A stretch of 64,000 nucleotides of DNA from Chiloscyllium plagiosum (taxonomy: Eukaryota), in NCBI RefSeq assembly GCF_004010195.1, contig NC_057754.1, positions 2,605,498 to 2,669,497 on the forward strand, written 5' to 3'. A program made the position numbers and the translations under genes. Of this stretch, positions 62,769 through 64,000 are shown piece by piece. Positions within the stretch are counted from its first letter, which is position 1. Each line of letters begins with the position of its first letter. The notes beneath the pieces were generated by a model. That model was not told the DNA's origin and ran no database searches. It saw only the letters and a program-made list of their open reading frames with translations.

Positions 62769-64000
62769 GACGAGCCGGTGGCGTGGCTCGAAGGCGTGTG
62801 AACTATGTACATACTGAAAAAAAAGGGACCGATTTCTGTTTACCCTGCCTTTTTCTAAAGCCCCTCAGCCATAAAACACCATCCCCAGCCCCTGATGAGC
62901 AGGAAGAGACAGCCAGGCACTGGTATCGAATCCGCGAGGTGTTTTGTGTCCGTTGTGCGGTTGTGATGTTACCCCTGAAGAAAACGACGCCCGTTTCGGG
63001 GAGACCAGGCATCTTTTGCGTGCAGTTCCTCCTGACAGGTGTTACCGTCAGGCACCCTACCTTCCTCGCCCTCCTCTTCCTCATGTTTAACGTGGAGAGC
63101 AAGAAGGCACGGGCAACTTTTTAATCTGTAGAAGGGTTCGGGTAACGTTTGGTGTGTCGTTATGTTCTCTCCAAGATGGGGGGTTTAAGAGAGCAGGCTC
63201 CCTTGCCCCCTTACCTCCACCTGCCCTGCTTCTTTGGCCCTCCCTCCGCACTCCCCCAAGGTGGAGTCTGTACCCAATAACCCCTGCTGAGAGTGAACAT
63301 CTGGATTGACATCTCATGCTCCTTCCCTCACAGTGCACTACCAAGCAGCTGAGACAGAGCGAGATGGGTTGGTCTTTCTGACCTGATTTCCACAAGCCAA
63401 AGATTTTCCTTTTCTGTAATCTCCTTGTGGCTCCGGTGACGGCACTTGCTGCATCCCCTGGTGGCAGCCTGCAGGTAAGTGAGCCGTTTTCCTGGGAGGA
63501 GAGGTTTGGAATTTGAAGCAAGGCCTAATAACTTGGCACAGGTACAGCGGCTTACACCAGAAAGATACTTGAAATCTCGGGCTAGTTCATACTGCGATTT
63601 ACAGTGCTCAGTTACACGGAGTAGCCAAGCACATGACTCCCAGTACAGTTTCACGTCAAGAGTTACGGCTGTTCTAAAAGGCTGCCTCGTGTCTCGTACC
63701 CTTGACTTTCGCTGTCTGTCTCAGCCATCTGTTCAAAGATGTGAGCACCCTGCGACCCAGAGTCAGCCGCTAACTCCCCCACCCGCAACACTGGCCTTTC
63801 TGTCTTCCCTTTTCCTCGCTCTCCACCCCACTTCCTACCCCCCCCCCCCCCCTTACCTTTGAAACGGTAAAAGCTGCCGTCAGCGAGACACCGTGAGTGC
63901 GTCCCATGAGTGGGTCTCGGCTGGACGGGATCCTCTCCTGGCTGAATGCCCTTGACACGGCCCCACCTCAGGTGTAACACTAATTGTGCTCTCTGATCCC

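Overview
Vertebrate genomic DNA, very likely a cartilaginous fish (shark): HE1-type V-SINEs, CR1/HER1-type LINE tails and a shark-type minisatellite are present. There are two multi-exon genes on the + strand. (1) The 3' 14 coding exons of SYVN1/HRD1, the ERAD RING-H2 E3 ligase (326-29257; 579 aa in window, 5' end outside), with a ~3.4 kb 3'UTR ending near AATAAA at 32658. (2) A complete 14-exon PRPF39-like gene (HAT-repeat U1 snRNP factor; 35945-62768, ~1109 aa) with a CpG-island promoter. Its 1517-nt exon 2 encodes an unusual ~20-copy array of 16-aa acidic Ser-Pro/Cys repeats. Introns are full of CR1 LINE fragments, SINEs, two MITE-like elements and many Penelope-like element (PLE) insertions. 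The PLEs fall into at least four sequence families, several are palindromic with target-site duplications, and each family carries a minimal hammerhead ribozyme core with covarying stems. Three assembly gaps (N runs) are present. All calls are by-eye reading; no database searches were run, and repeat boundaries are approximate.
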